64,000 bases of DNA, taken from positions 91-64,090 of the forward strand of contig JAECQY010000003.1 of assembly GCA_016000045.1 (NCBI GenBank), given 5' to 3'. This document shows, one piece after another, positions 29,422-41,211 of the stretch (position 1 is the stretch's first letter; the number at the start of each line of letters is the position of its first letter). Source of the DNA: Myxococcaceae bacterium (GTDB lineage: Bacteria; Myxococcota; UBA727; JABDBI01). A program made the position numbers and the translations under genes. Under the pieces are notes generated by a model, which was not told the origin of the DNA, did not search any database, and was given only the letters and a program-made list of their open reading frames with translations.

Positions 29422-31308
29422 ATGGTTTCTAGATGTCTGCTGGTTGCTTGTTTGGGAGCTCTGGCTGTTTCGAGTTTAGCCGGTATGGTGAATTTGACTT
29501 CCGTGGACGCTGCTACCTCGGCTTCTTGGGTGCAGCTGTTTGAAAATCGTTTGCTCACTCGAGCGGATGCCCAAGCTTTATCATTGAGCGGCATCCGAGG
29601 AGTTTTAGAGGCCTTAGCGCCTCAAATCAAAGCGCAGCCCGGTTACACGGGGATCTTTATCGCAAATTGCTCGCTGTACGTGAATACGATTCTCGAACGA
29701 GTGAGTTGCAATATCAGTTCTCCAGAAGCGGCGGTGCTAAGCGTGGCCCCTCTTTTGACGAATCAGACGCGTTTGCCTTGGGACTACGCCTACGAAATTA
29801 CGCGGAGTCACATTGTGCTGGTGAATGCATGGGTAGACTGGACGGGTCGATTGGCGTTGTATGACGAAGACTATGCGATTGCGGCCTACCCACGAATCGC
29901 GACCTGCAGTGCATCGATCACGCATACGGAGACAAACCCGAGCCTGACGGAGGCTCCGAGCGCTTCGCTCACCCAAAGCCACCGTGTAAGCGAATCGCTG
30001 AGCCCGAGTAGAAGTCCGAGTCTTTCACCAAGTGTTTCCGGTACACGAACTCTTGAACCGATTTTGACGCGAACGGAAAGCGACGATGGGAGCATGAGCG
30101 ACACGAACAGTCGAAGCCAGATCCTCAGCGCGAGCCCGAGTCTTTCACCAAGTGTTTCCGGTACACGAACTCTTGAACCGACTTTGACGCGAACGGAAAG
30201 CGACGATGGGAGCATGAGTGACACGAACAGTCGAAGCCAGACCCTCAGCGCGAGTCCGAGTCCTGAGCCCAGTCGATCATCGACCCAGACCGGCAGCTGC
30301 GCCAAGACGTTGAGCAGCAGCTCAAGTCTCAGCCTTTCGCCGAACCTTAGTTGGACAGAATCCGCCACTCCCAGCGAAGATCCAAGTTCCAGTGTAACTC
30401 TATACAATGGTCTCTTTGCCGCCTGGCATCGAAGTACCGGAGTCTATGCGGATGGCACGAGCCAACCGACTCGCTATTCGACGAGCAACGGCGTGGTAAC
30501 GGATGCTCTAACAGGCTTGCAATGGCAACTAAGTCCAAGTGCGTCCGTGATGAGTTGGGGCAATGGGGTCTCTTCCTGCGCGGCTGCTTCTACCGGAGGC
30601 TATTCGGATTGGAGGCTTCCGAATAACGTGGAGTTACTCACCTTGGTGGACTATACGATTGCTTCTACAGGCTCGACGCCTGGAATCAACGCGGTGTTTT
30701 CGGGGACTCCTTTGAACTATTTTTACACATCGACGCCTTTAGTAGGTTCTGCCAGCAAAAATCCATGGTGGGTGAGCTTTGGCCAGAATGCTTGTTATTC
30801 GGGTTTTCTGGAGAGCTTGGAATATAACCCGAGTTGTACGCCTGCGGTAGCTTCTCAGGGTTACGTTCGTTGTGTTCGATCGCCTTCAGAGGCACCTCTT
30901 CCTTTGAACCGATATACGATTGAAAGTGGCGCGGCATTAGGGACGGTGACCGATCAGGTCACGGGTTTGATTTGGCAGAAGGTAGCGCCTACCAGCGGGG
31001 GTCCGAATGGTAACGGGCTTTATACTCAATCGCAGGCTATCGCCTACTGCAGCAGTCTGAATCTAGGCGGTTCTGGAGCGGGAACGTGGCGCTTACCAAC
31101 AAACCGAGAGCTACAAACGCTGGTGGATTACAGCAAGGCCTATGGAAGCTTGATGATGGATACGACGGTGTTTTCGGGGGAACCGGCGAGCGGGTTTTGG
31201 TCGTCTCTGGTTGAATCCGCGTCCCGCGAATGGGGTGTACATTTCGGTGTTGGCCTTGTCTACACGAGTTACTTTACTAATACTTACTTTGTCCGTTGTG
31301 TGCGTTGA
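29422..31308 (+). CDS. Secreted modular protein: unknown N-domain, Ser/Thr stalk, two DUF1566/Lcl domains
   Basis: GAGGAG RBS, signal peptide; VTD..TGL.WQ, WRLP...EL.TLVDY and VRCVR each occur twice. Confidence 0.88.
   Translation: MVSRCLLVACLGALAVSSLAGMVNLTSVDAATSASWVQLFENRLLTRADAQALSLSGIRGVLEALAPQIKAQPGYTGIFIANCSLYVNTILERVSCNISSPEAAVLSVAPLLTNQTRLPWDYAYEITRSHIVLVNAWVDWTGRLALYDEDYAIAAYPRIATCSASITHTETNPSLTEAPSASLTQSHRVSESLSPSRSPSLSPSVSGTRTLEPILTRTESDDGSMSDTNSRSQILSASPSLSPSVSGTRTLEPTLTRTESDDGSMSDTNSRSQTLSASPSPEPSRSSTQTGSCAKTLSSSSSLSLSPNLSWTESATPSEDPSSSVTLYNGLFAAWHRSTGVYADGTSQPTRYSTSNGVVTDALTGLQWQLSPSASVMSWGNGVSSCAAASTGGYSDWRLPNNVELLTLVDYTIASTGSTPGINAVFSGTPLNYFYTSTPLVGSASKNPWWVSFGQNACYSGFLESLEYNPSCTPAVASQGYVRCVRSPSEAPLPLNRYTIESGAALGTVTDQVTGLIWQKVAPTSGGPNGNGLYTQSQAIAYCSSLNLGGSGAGTWRLPTNRELQTLVDYSKAYGSLMMDTTVFSGEPASGFWSSLVESASREWGVHFGVGLVYTSYFTNTYFVRCVR
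30013..30262 (+). repeat. 120-bp tandem repeat (~2 copies) in the stalk
   Basis: Encodes SPSLSPSVSGTRTLEP(I/T)LTRTESDDGSMSDTNSRSQ(I/T)LSA twice, near-identical in DNA. Confidence 0.92.
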
Positions 31309-31406
31309 AAACGGGGATTTTAACCGATTAAGCCTGCATGAGCATTGATAGATGTCGCGACTACATCCTTTAGCGGCCCTTCCGGATACCTATTTGTCAG
31401 CTATGA

Positions 31407-31435
31407 TTGACAAAAATAAAATTGTCTTGTACGAT
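31407..31435 (+). promoter_or_regulatory. Sigma70-type promoter with an overlapping short inverted repeat
   Basis: TTGACA-N17-TACGAT; gacaa...ttgtc palindrome; GTG start 8 nt downstream. Confidence 0.6.
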
Positions 31436-31442
31436 CGACAGC

Positions 31443-32627
31443 GTGTTAAGCGAAATAGATTTGATGGAAATTTTAAATGATTGGAGCTTTTGGGAAAAAG
31501 CGCCTTCTACAGCCGATGTGCATCGAGATGTCGAACTACCCAAAAGTTTATCCGCAGATTTGGTATTAATTATCCAAGGGGTACGCCGTGGAGGTAAATC
31601 GACTTTACTGCAGCAAATACCAGCTCACTACCAGTTTAGTTTAGCAAACTGCTATTATTGCAATTTTGAAGATCCGCGTCTTATCAATTGTTTGAACCAC
31701 GAACTACTGGGAGATATTGTACGAATCGCCCGGAAAGATAGACCCACCAACGAGCCATGCTATTTCTTCTTTGATGAGATCCAACATGTGTTTGCCTGGG
31801 AAAAATGGCTGCACATGCAGCTAGAAAGGCCAAAGCATAATTACTTTGTTGTCACAGGTTCAAGTTCTGTATTGCTCAGTGGGGAGTTTGATTCAGCTCT
31901 TACAGGGCGTCACAGAACACTCCAATTATATCCATTTTCGTTTAGGGAATATTTAAAATTGTTTCCAGAGCGAATGCTTGAGTCTTATTTGATGAGCGGA
32001 GGATTTCCTAGGACACTGACTCATGGTGAGCCCAAACTCTTGTTGCAGGAATATTTTAATGACATCCTTTTAAGAGATGTATTAAGGCGTGTTGGAGCTC
32101 GATCTGTTGATCCGATTAAACAAGTTGCTAAATTGGCGTTTGATACTTGTGGGTCACAATTAAGCTACAGAAAAATCGCTGCCATCACTCATTTAACTGT
32201 AGAAACGGTTCAAAACCATCTGTTGGCTTGTGAACAGGCTTATCTACTATTTAATTGTTCTTTTTTTGCATTCTCGGAAAAGAAACGTTTGAGCCGCCAT
32301 AAAAAATTCTACCCCATTGATCCTGGTCTACGAACTGCAGTCACCAGCAACACAAGTCGTGATTACGGCAAAGCACTCGAGCAGCTTGTCTTTTTGAAAT
32401 TAAAACAACAGTGTGATCAGGTGTACTACTGGGAATCGCCTTTGGGAGGCGAAGTGGATTTTGTTACGGTCTCTGGAGATACAATCACGCCTTATCAAGT
32501 CACCTGGCAGGAAGCGAAGCCCAGGCACGAGAAAGCACTGGGTAGCTTCTATGAATCATTTCCACAGGCGAACGAAGCCATAATCATTCAGCAACAGAAT
32601 GCGGCTGACTTTCTATTAGGTCCTTAG
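31443..32627 (+). CDS. AAA_14 + DUF4143 ATP-binding protein
   Basis: GVRRGGKST, FFDEIQ, VTGSS, LTGRH, GGFP, KFYPIDPGL, EVDFV. Confidence 0.88.
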   Translation: MLSEIDLMEILNDWSFWEKAPSTADVHRDVELPKSLSADLVLIIQGVRRGGKSTLLQQIPAHYQFSLANCYYCNFEDPRLINCLNHELLGDIVRIARKDRPTNEPCYFFFDEIQHVFAWEKWLHMQLERPKHNYFVVTGSSSVLLSGEFDSALTGRHRTLQLYPFSFREYLKLFPERMLESYLMSGGFPRTLTHGEPKLLLQEYFNDILLRDVLRRVGARSVDPIKQVAKLAFDTCGSQLSYRKIAAITHLTVETVQNHLLACEQAYLLFNCSFFAFSEKKRLSRHKKFYPIDPGLRTAVTSNTSRDYGKALEQLVFLKLKQQCDQVYYWESPLGGEVDFVTVSGDTITPYQVTWQEAKPRHEKALGSFYESFPQANEAIIIQQQNAADFLLGP

Positions 32628-32659
32628 ATACTGAAAAAAACGAACCAACCGTGTTTTTA

Positions 32660-32718
32660 CCCGTAAACCGCACACCATTATCTGTCAGAATCGTGTGGAT
32701 TTTGTAAGGCACCGTGTT
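32660..32718 (-). pseudogene. IS481-family transposase remnant
   Basis: Minus strand translates to VPYKIHTILTDNGVRFT (integrase-core TDNG motif); no full ORF. Confidence 0.6.
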
Positions 32719-32919
32719 GAACTGGGCTTGCATGCTGGTGAGCGCGAATGTAACTTCCATCGATGAGTACCTACTCCGGAAAAATGCCTCCCAGAGCTCT
32801 TTGGATACCCAATAAAGAGTTTCAATTTGTGAAACTATATCAGTGACGCGGGATTTATCCAGGTATTGCTCAAGCCTGTTTACGCCTGTAGAAACTAATT
32901 GATTTTATGAGGTATCGCA

Positions 32920-34629
32920 ATGAATCTACGAAATGTGATGTTGGTAGGATTTCACCTGGTATTTTGTTTGACCCAGGCTCAAGCTCAGTCGTCTGTATTT
33001 TTGGGAGCCACTCATCTTTTTAGGCCATGGGATGGCTACCAGGCGATTGCCAAGTCCATTACAGATTCTGTTAGACAGACTCATGATATTGAGAAAGAAG
33101 CGAGGACTAGAAAACCATACCGCGATCTTTTCAAAAAACCTCAATCTGAGCTCGAAAGGTTGATTGCCCTAAGAGGAGATCGAATCACTGATCTGTGTAG
33201 TAGGCTTCAAGACAGAAGACGTACGATTCAATCGCCAGAGAATCTTAAGCTAGGCGAATCAGACAATTATGTGAGCCTGCTGTTAGAGCTGGCGCGGCTT
33301 TTGGATCCCAGTCAATGGCGTGGATTACTTGTTTATGCAGCAAGCAGTACAGGGCATTTCCTCGGAGTCTTGGAGAATCCTGGCGATGATCTGAGGCCGG
33401 TTCCCATATCAACACAAATTCCTATGCCTGGCTTACTTGAAGCTCCGGGCTTACAAGAGCAAGGCTGCGGCGGACATCTGTGGGCAGAGGAGTCTGATAG
33501 CGGACGAGTGGTTCATGCGAATAGTGCAGACAAGCGGAAAAGGTATGTTTGTTTGGGGTGTCGTGAGCGTCTGATTTTTCGTAACGGTGAGGTCAATCGA
33601 GCACATTTTGCCCATCGTGGTGGTAGTTCGTGTGGCGGAGGGGCTCTTGAAACCTTTGCACATCGATTGGCAAAGCAGTACTTATCAGAGAATTTAGATA
33701 GGTGGCGATTTATTGAGCAATGCAGTGAATGCTCAGACCCACTGGGGGTTAGACAGTTTTCAAGTTTACAGGGCTTTTCTGCCCAAGAAGAGCGTTCTGT
33801 GGAACACCGGAAGATTGTTGATGTGATGGTGACTAAAAATGGGAAAGAGCATACCGCTTTGGAGGTCCATCATACGCATGCGGTTGACGCGGAAAAGTCA
33901 AACTTTCTGACCGAAAGAGGGATTACTTTAATTGAAGTCAACGCAACAGATGTGCTTAATGGATTCAACAACAACTCATTTACTGTGCGTTTTGATTCAA
34001 CCGAAATCTGTCTCAAGTGTGAACAACGTAAGTGCAGACCCTGCAAGCAGTGCAATAAAGGGTTCCTTAAGACTGAATTGCATGAAATTGCCCCTGGCTC
34101 AGATTCTGAGTATCGATCAGATTTTGTGTGTGTGAGTTGCCGCGGAGAATGTCCTTGTTGCGGCGAGGGGATGACTAAAGATGATTTGAAACGTTGGAGG
34201 CGATGCTATGACTGCAATCAAAAGCGCAAAAGAGCGAGAGAAGAAGTGGATGCGACACTAAGAGCACAAAAAGTTCAGTTGGAAGAAGATGAATTAAATT
34301 TGCGTCGCAGGGTTACACTTGAAGAAAAACAGCGATTTGACAGTATTTCATATGAATTTAAGAAGCCAGAAAGAGAAAGAAAACACCAGCAAGAGATTGA
34401 AAATCAAGCCAAGCGAATATTAGCTCAAAATCGGGTTAATCTTTCCGCGCAGTTTCGTGAAAAAGAAGATGTTAAAGCGATCAAAGCTGGAGCGCGGTGG
34501 GATCCAGAGAAGAAGACTTGGTATTGCCCAGTAGCCAGTATGAAGGCTTACGAGCGCTGGTTACAGCATCTCGACAGAGAAGTAGTGTCCAAGATTGAGG
34601 AACTGATTGCCAAAAGACAGACGAGGTAG
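32920..34629 (+). CDS. Signal-peptide protein with a CoiA-like nuclease/zinc region and C-terminal DUF5710-like domain
   Basis: AQA|Q signal; YVCLGCRERLIFRNGEVNRAHFAH, VDV..ALEVHHTH, multiple CxxC, GARWDPEKKTWY. Confidence 0.7.
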   Translation: MNLRNVMLVGFHLVFCLTQAQAQSSVFLGATHLFRPWDGYQAIAKSITDSVRQTHDIEKEARTRKPYRDLFKKPQSELERLIALRGDRITDLCSRLQDRRRTIQSPENLKLGESDNYVSLLLELARLLDPSQWRGLLVYAASSTGHFLGVLENPGDDLRPVPISTQIPMPGLLEAPGLQEQGCGGHLWAEESDSGRVVHANSADKRKRYVCLGCRERLIFRNGEVNRAHFAHRGGSSCGGGALETFAHRLAKQYLSENLDRWRFIEQCSECSDPLGVRQFSSLQGFSAQEERSVEHRKIVDVMVTKNGKEHTALEVHHTHAVDAEKSNFLTERGITLIEVNATDVLNGFNNNSFTVRFDSTEICLKCEQRKCRPCKQCNKGFLKTELHEIAPGSDSEYRSDFVCVSCRGECPCCGEGMTKDDLKRWRRCYDCNQKRKRAREEVDATLRAQKVQLEEDELNLRRRVTLEEKQRFDSISYEFKKPERERKHQQEIENQAKRILAQNRVNLSAQFREKEDVKAIKAGARWDPEKKTWYCPVASMKAYERWLQHLDREVVSKIEELIAKRQTR

Positions 34630-34785
34630 TTGTATAGATGGTATCGGCCCCAATATCAGAGACCCATGAACAGCCAGACACAATCTGCTGGACTAAACAG
34701 GTGCTTTAATCTGAATAAAAGGGGGCGCTCCTTTGGAAAAGTTTCTTTTATTCCGCCAGTCTCATACGTGTTCGGACCTACTCAT

Positions 34786-34824
34786 CCCCAATTTTAGGCA
34801 AACTCAAATTGAGGACACGCCCTA
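34786..34824. repeat. 39-bp dispersed repeat, IS5-like element end (copy 3)
   Basis: 37/39 identical to 930-968; reverse complement starts TAGGGCGTGTCCTCAA. Confidence 0.8.
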
Positions 34825-34859
34825 GGCAAATCCGCTTTTTTGTGTCAGGTTTCGAACCC

Positions 34860-35348
34860 ATGATCAAGTTTAATGTAGGGGATAAAGTGGTCTACCCCGC
34901 GCATGGGGTTGCTGAGGTTATCAGCATCGAGGTCAGAGAGATGGGAGGGGATCCGCAAACCTTCTATGTCTTGAGCATTCTAGAGAACTCGATGCGGGTC
35001 ATGGTTCCGACTCCGAACGTTGATCAGGTTGGCATGCGCGAAATTGTGTCCAGCCAAGAAGCGGATCAGGTTTTCGAGATTCTTAGAAAACGTGAAAAAG
35101 TTGTTGAATCGACGACTTGGAATCGAAGGCATCGAGAATACCTTGAAAAGATTAAATCGGGTTCCATCTTTGAAGTCGCTAAAGTCTTACGAGACTTGTA
35201 CGTTTTGAGGGGAGATAAAGAACTCAGTTTTGGAGAGCGAAAAATTTTAGATACGGCCCGATCTTTATTGGTTCGAGAGCTCAGTTTATCGAAAGGAATT
35301 TCGCATGAGGAAGTGGAAACTAAGTTTCGGTCGATTTTTCGCTGTTAG
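34860..35348 (+). CDS. carD: CarD/CdnL-family RNA polymerase-binding regulator
   Basis: FNVGDKVVYPAHGV, TWNRRHREY, KELSFGERK. Confidence 0.92.
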   Translation: MIKFNVGDKVVYPAHGVAEVISIEVREMGGDPQTFYVLSILENSMRVMVPTPNVDQVGMREIVSSQEADQVFEILRKREKVVESTTWNRRHREYLEKIKSGSIFEVAKVLRDLYVLRGDKELSFGERKILDTARSLLVRELSLSKGISHEEVETKFRSIFRC

Positions 35349-35796
35349 CTTTTTAGCGGCTGGCTTGAGTTGGCTTTTATGGGACCGTGTTCCGAGCCTT
35401 GTTTATTTTTTTAACGGACATCCTACACAAATTGAAGGTGTTCTGGGGAATCGAGCAGGGGAGGTCTCCGGGTTTTTACCCGGCACCTTCTGGCTGGGTC
35501 CTATTGAAATTCGAAATGTTCTTGGGCAACCGTATTTTGTGGCAACCCAAAAGCCGCTGCAGCCATTTACACAAATAAAGCTCCACGGGCGCTTGGTTGA
35601 TTTTGGCGAAGAAAGTCAATTTCGAACCGTTCGTCGCTTTTTTATTGAACGACTGGGCATGATAATCCCTGAGGGCGCTCAGCTCCTGCTGGTAGGAGAA
35701 GAACCCATGCAGCAGTGGCGTTACCCTATGCTATTTGGTCTGGCGTTTTTGGTTTTTGGGGTTGTTCTGATTCGCAATCTTTCAAAGCATTCTTGA
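35305..35796 (+). CDS. Hypothetical membrane protein
   Basis: N- and C-terminal hydrophobic helices; co-oriented with carD. Confidence 0.6.
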   Translation: MRKWKLSFGRFFAVSFLAAGLSWLLWDRVPSLVYFFNGHPTQIEGVLGNRAGEVSGFLPGTFWLGPIEIRNVLGQPYFVATQKPLQPFTQIKLHGRLVDFGEESQFRTVRRFFIERLGMIIPEGAQLLLVGEEPMQQWRYPMLFGLAFLVFGVVLIRNLSKHS

Positions 35797-35917
35797 AATT
35801 TCGAATGGCGCTACCAAGTCCTGTTGCAATCCCGGGTAGACGTTTTCCTCCAAATAGGAGAAGAACGATCGCAAATACCAGCATGAGTTCCCATGGGCCA
35901 ACACCAAACATTTTCAC
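35726..35917 (-). CDS. tatA: Twin-arginine translocase TatA/TatE
   Basis: FGVGPWELMLVFAIVLLLFGGKRLPGIATGLGSAIRNFK. Confidence 0.9.
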   Translation of the reverse strand: MKMFGVGPWELMLVFAIVLLLFGGKRLPGIATGLGSAIRNFKNALKDCESEQPQKPKTPDQIA

Positions 35918-36662
35918 CCCTTTAGACCTCGACTCAGAAGTCTTGCTCGCGCACGCTTTTCGTTGTGACAGGCTGGGCCTGCGGATGGCTTTGGCAGATT
36001 ATCAAAATTTTGTAAAGCGCAGACAAACAGGAGAACCTGTGGCCTATATCACAGGGCATCGTGAATTCTACGGTTATGATTTTGAGGTCACGCCGGACGT
36101 TTTAATCCCGAGACCCGATACCGAGCTGCTGGTTGAAGCTGCACTCAAGCGTTTGCCAACCGATCGACCTTTACGCGTCATTGATGTTTGCACAGGCTCG
36201 GGTTGCGTAGGCATCGCTTTGGCACGAGAGCGTCCCAATCTCTCCGTGGTAGCCATTGATCTCAGTGCTGAGGCCGCTCAGGTAGCTCAACGTAATGCGC
36301 TTCGCCATCAGGTAGCACATCGAGTAGAAGTACGAGTAGGAAATTTACTGGATCCCGTTTTGGGCGAAGGGCCTTCATTTGACCTCTTGGTTGCGAATCC
36401 TCCTTATATTAAACCCGAAGCTTATCCTGTCTTAATGCCCGAAGTTCTAAATTTTGAGCCCCAAATGGCCTTGCTTGGTATGGGAGCCGAAGGTTTGGGG
36501 CATCATGAGCAAATCCTCCAGAAAGCTTGCAAGGTATTAAAAAAAGGCGCTTTTGTTTTGATGGAAATCGGGTACGATCAAGGCCCATTTTTTGAAGGTA
36601 TTGGTAAAGTTATGCAAGATCTTGCTGGGCAAGATCGGGTTGTGGAGATAGTCTGTGGATAA
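35883..36662 (+). CDS. prmC: Release factor glutamine methyltransferase (start uncertain)
   Basis: DSEVLLAH, GEPVAYITG, VLIPRPDTELLV, DVCTGSGC, ANPPYI. Confidence 0.9.
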   Translation: MSSHGPTPNIFTPLDLDSEVLLAHAFRCDRLGLRMALADYQNFVKRRQTGEPVAYITGHREFYGYDFEVTPDVLIPRPDTELLVEAALKRLPTDRPLRVIDVCTGSGCVGIALARERPNLSVVAIDLSAEAAQVAQRNALRHQVAHRVEVRVGNLLDPVLGEGPSFDLLVANPPYIKPEAYPVLMPEVLNFEPQMALLGMGAEGLGHHEQILQKACKVLKKGAFVLMEIGYDQGPFFEGIGKVMQDLAGQDRVVEIVCG

Positions 36663-37980
36663 GCTTATAATTGAAGGTGGCAAGGTACTTGAAGGGGAAG
36701 TGAGCGTTTCGGGTTCGAAAAATGCGTCTTTACCGATTTTGGCAGCGACTCTTTTGGCCAGCGATGAAAGCATGGTTGAAAACGTACCGCACCTAGCGGA
36801 TGTTGCCACTTCCGCGGAGTTGCTTTCCCGGTTAGGAGTTCGCATCACGGAAGATCAGGGCATCATGATTTTAGACGCTCGATCCATTTCGAGCCTAGAA
36901 GCCACTTACGATGTTGTCAGCAAAATGCGAGCTTCTGTACTCGTCTTAGGACCCTTGCTGGCGCGATTTGGAAAAGCAAAAGTTTCCCTACCAGGCGGAT
37001 GTGCAATCGGTGCACGCCCCATCGATATGCACTTAAGCGGTCTTGAACAATTGGGCGCAAAAGTGACGCTCGAGCATGGTTACGTCGAAGCAGAAGCTCC
37101 TGCTGGTGGTTTGATTGGGAATCGTATCGTCTTTGATATCCCGAGTGTTGGAGCTACTGAAAATCTCATGATGGCGGCTTGTTTGGCTAAAGGAACAACC
37201 GTTTTAGAAAATGCGGCTCGAGAGCCTGAAATCGAAGAATTAGCGCAAGCGCTGAGTACCATGGGAGCTCGTATTTCTGGGGCAGGCAGCAGCATGATTC
37301 AGATTGAGGGCGTCCAAAACCTGAAGGGGATGCATCATCGAGTAGCGCCGGATCGTATTGAATCAGGAACTTTTATTGCCATTGCGGCTGCCACCCGAAG
37401 CAACTTGCTCATACGCAACATCCAACCAACGCATCTAAGCGCTGCTTTAGACTGTTTCCAAAAAGCAGGCTGTCGTTTTTCGGAAGAGCCCAACATGCTT
37501 CGCGTTATGGCACCGGATCGTTTGAAATCGGTCGATGTGCGAACCGAGCCTTACCCGGGTTTTCCAACGGATATGCAAGCTCAGTTTATGGCTTGCATGT
37601 CTCTTGCGGATGGAACGAGTCACATTGAAGAACATATTTGGGAAAATCGATTTATGCATACCCAAGAACTCTTGCGCATGGGCGCAGATATTTCGATGCA
37701 TGGAAATCTGGCTGTGGTCAGAGGCGTTGCACAGCTGAGTGGGGCGCAGGTCATGGCAACGGATCTTCGGGCTTCTGCGAGTTTGATCATCGCCGCTTTG
37801 GCGGCAGAGGGTGTGAGCGAAGTTTCCAGAATCTATCACTTGGATAGAGGTTACGTGGCTCTAGAGAAAAAACTCTCGGCGCTGGGTGCTCGCATTCAGC
37901 GAGTAACTGACCAGGTTCGAACACAGGAAGATAAGCCGCCTGCTGAGGCGGCTAGCTTTAAGCTAAACGCAGATTATTGA
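36655..37980 (+). CDS. murA: UDP-N-acetylglucosamine 1-carboxyvinyltransferase
   Basis: [39 protein letters not shown]. Confidence 0.97.
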   Translation: MDKLIIEGGKVLEGEVSVSGSKNASLPILAATLLASDESMVENVPHLADVATSAELLSRLGVRITEDQGIMILDARSISSLEATYDVVSKMRASVLVLGPLLARFGKAKVSLPGGCAIGARPIDMHLSGLEQLGAKVTLEHGYVEAEAPAGGLIGNRIVFDIPSVGATENLMMAACLAKGTTVLENAAREPEIEELAQALSTMGARISGAGSSMIQIEGVQNLKGMHHRVAPDRIESGTFIAIAAATRSNLLIRNIQPTHLSAALDCFQKAGCRFSEEPNMLRVMAPDRLKSVDVRTEPYPGFPTDMQAQFMACMSLADGTSHIEEHIWENRFMHTQELLRMGADISMHGNLAVVRGVAQLSGAQVMATDLRASASLIIAALAAEGVSEVSRIYHLDRGYVALEKKLSALGARIQRVTDQVRTQEDKPPAEAASFKLNADY

Positions 37981-39281
37981 TCCAGCTCAATACAAAGCAA
38001 AGCTCCTGGTTGGTTACAAGCCATCTCTCGACTCGTCCATTGATCGCCATGCTTTCCTTGATTTCCATTTAGGTCAGCGGATCCGGATACCCAGTTGTTG
38101 CAAGTTCCATCTGTGCCAATTTCATAAATGGTCGCTTTCGAAACCCAAAATGGATCAAAGCCTATGCTGGCCCATGCTGCAATAGCATAGAAGTCGCTTC
38201 CACTATTGTTCGCTGTAGGGAAAAGAGGTCCAGAAATTTGTAGAGTTGGATCCGCTGCCAGGTAAATGTTTCGCGTTGCATCGAGCGCTTTGCCATTCGC
38301 TTGAGCTAAGAAATTGTAAGCAGATTTTGTTTTATCTCCCAAAACCGCCGCCCATTGCCCGCCATAGTTCAACGGAGCGCTATGGGCCAAATCATTGCAA
38401 ATCTGGTTGGCATCCGCTTGGCTTGCAAAAGTTGTGGATGAAGAGTTTTGGTTGTATGCAGTGCCTGGCGTATAAGTGGAGTTCGTCAAAAAAGCATGAC
38501 GGCTTCCAACACAAGCCCCATTGGTACAAATTTCATCAAATGGACAAGGACTGCCGGAGTTTCCACACCCACACGTGTTGTCCGTACAAGTATCCGAAGC
38601 CCCAGAACAAACAGCATTGTTACCGCATTGCCAGCCTTGAGTTGTCGAACAGCTATTCGCGGCTTTGTTGGCTGCAACATGATTGCAGGTACATTGGCTA
38701 GATACGCATTGTGTATTCGCTAAAGAGCAATCGCTATTGGAACCGCAGTAACATTGGTTCCCGTTCGCGGCAATCTGCCCACTGCCTGCAGCGGATTGAC
38801 ACGTTCCTAAATTGCCACAAGGGCCATTGTCTCGACACGAACGAACCGATTGGGCAGCACAAATACCGCTTTGGCAAGTTTGACCCGCGGCGCAGTTCGC
38901 ATCGACTGTGCAGGTACATTGCCCAAGGGTGGTATTGCAAGTAGAACCCGTCAAACAAGCCGAATTTTTACCGCAGGTGCAATAATTCCCAGAGGCATTC
39001 GAGGTACAAGCGTTCGCAAGCTTGCTATCACAATTTGCAGCTGCTCCGCATTGACAATCACGAGTGATCGAGTTGCAGGTTCCAAGCCCGGCGCAAATTA
39101 AATCATCACGGCAAAGCTGAGTCGTCTGTTTTTGGCATACTTTTGCTCCGCAGACCAAAGATTGATCGCAATCTGTGTCTTGGGAACAAGAGTCTCCTAC
39201 ATTGCCGGGCGTTGTGCTTTTGCTACAACCGATTCCGCTGCTCAGCAAACAAGCGAGAACCAGTAACAATTTTAGTTTCAT
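37974..39281 (-). CDS. Cys-rich repeat lipoprotein with C-terminal DUF1554-like (lectin-fold) domain
   Basis: Lipobox SSGIG|C; dense C-x5-C repeats; AFLT..ANQICN.LA..WAAVL..TCNNW..LLCIE. Confidence 0.65.
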   Translation of the reverse strand: MKLKLLLVLACLLSSGIGCSKSTTPGNVGDSCSQDTDCDQSLVCGAKVCQKQTTQLCRDDLICAGLGTCNSITRDCQCGAAANCDSKLANACTSNASGNYCTCGKNSACLTGSTCNTTLGQCTCTVDANCAAGQTCQSGICAAQSVRSCRDNGPCGNLGTCQSAAGSGQIAANGNQCYCGSNSDCSLANTQCVSSQCTCNHVAANKAANSCSTTQGWQCGNNAVCSGASDTCTDNTCGCGNSGSPCPFDEICTNGACVGSRHAFLTNSTYTPGTAYNQNSSSTTFASQADANQICNDLAHSAPLNYGGQWAAVLGDKTKSAYNFLAQANGKALDATRNIYLAADPTLQISGPLFPTANNSGSDFYAIAAWASIGFDPFWVSKATIYEIGTDGTCNNWVSGSADLNGNQGKHGDQWTSREMACNQPGALLCIELDQ

Positions 39282-39391
39282 GATTTATCCTCCAATTGAA
39301 AAGCTTAACTCTGGCTTCGATTCGAATTCAAGCATACTCTTGATTTTACTTTGCGCTTACCCTATAGCGATGGGAATCGAATGGGAGATAG

Positions 39392-41202
<1,811 letters not shown>

Positions 41203-41211
41203 ACTCGAAAG

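Noticed and set aside
29886..30407. 173-aa antisense ORF with repeats
   Set aside because: Reverse-strand shadow of the Ser/Thr stalk and its 120-bp repeat.
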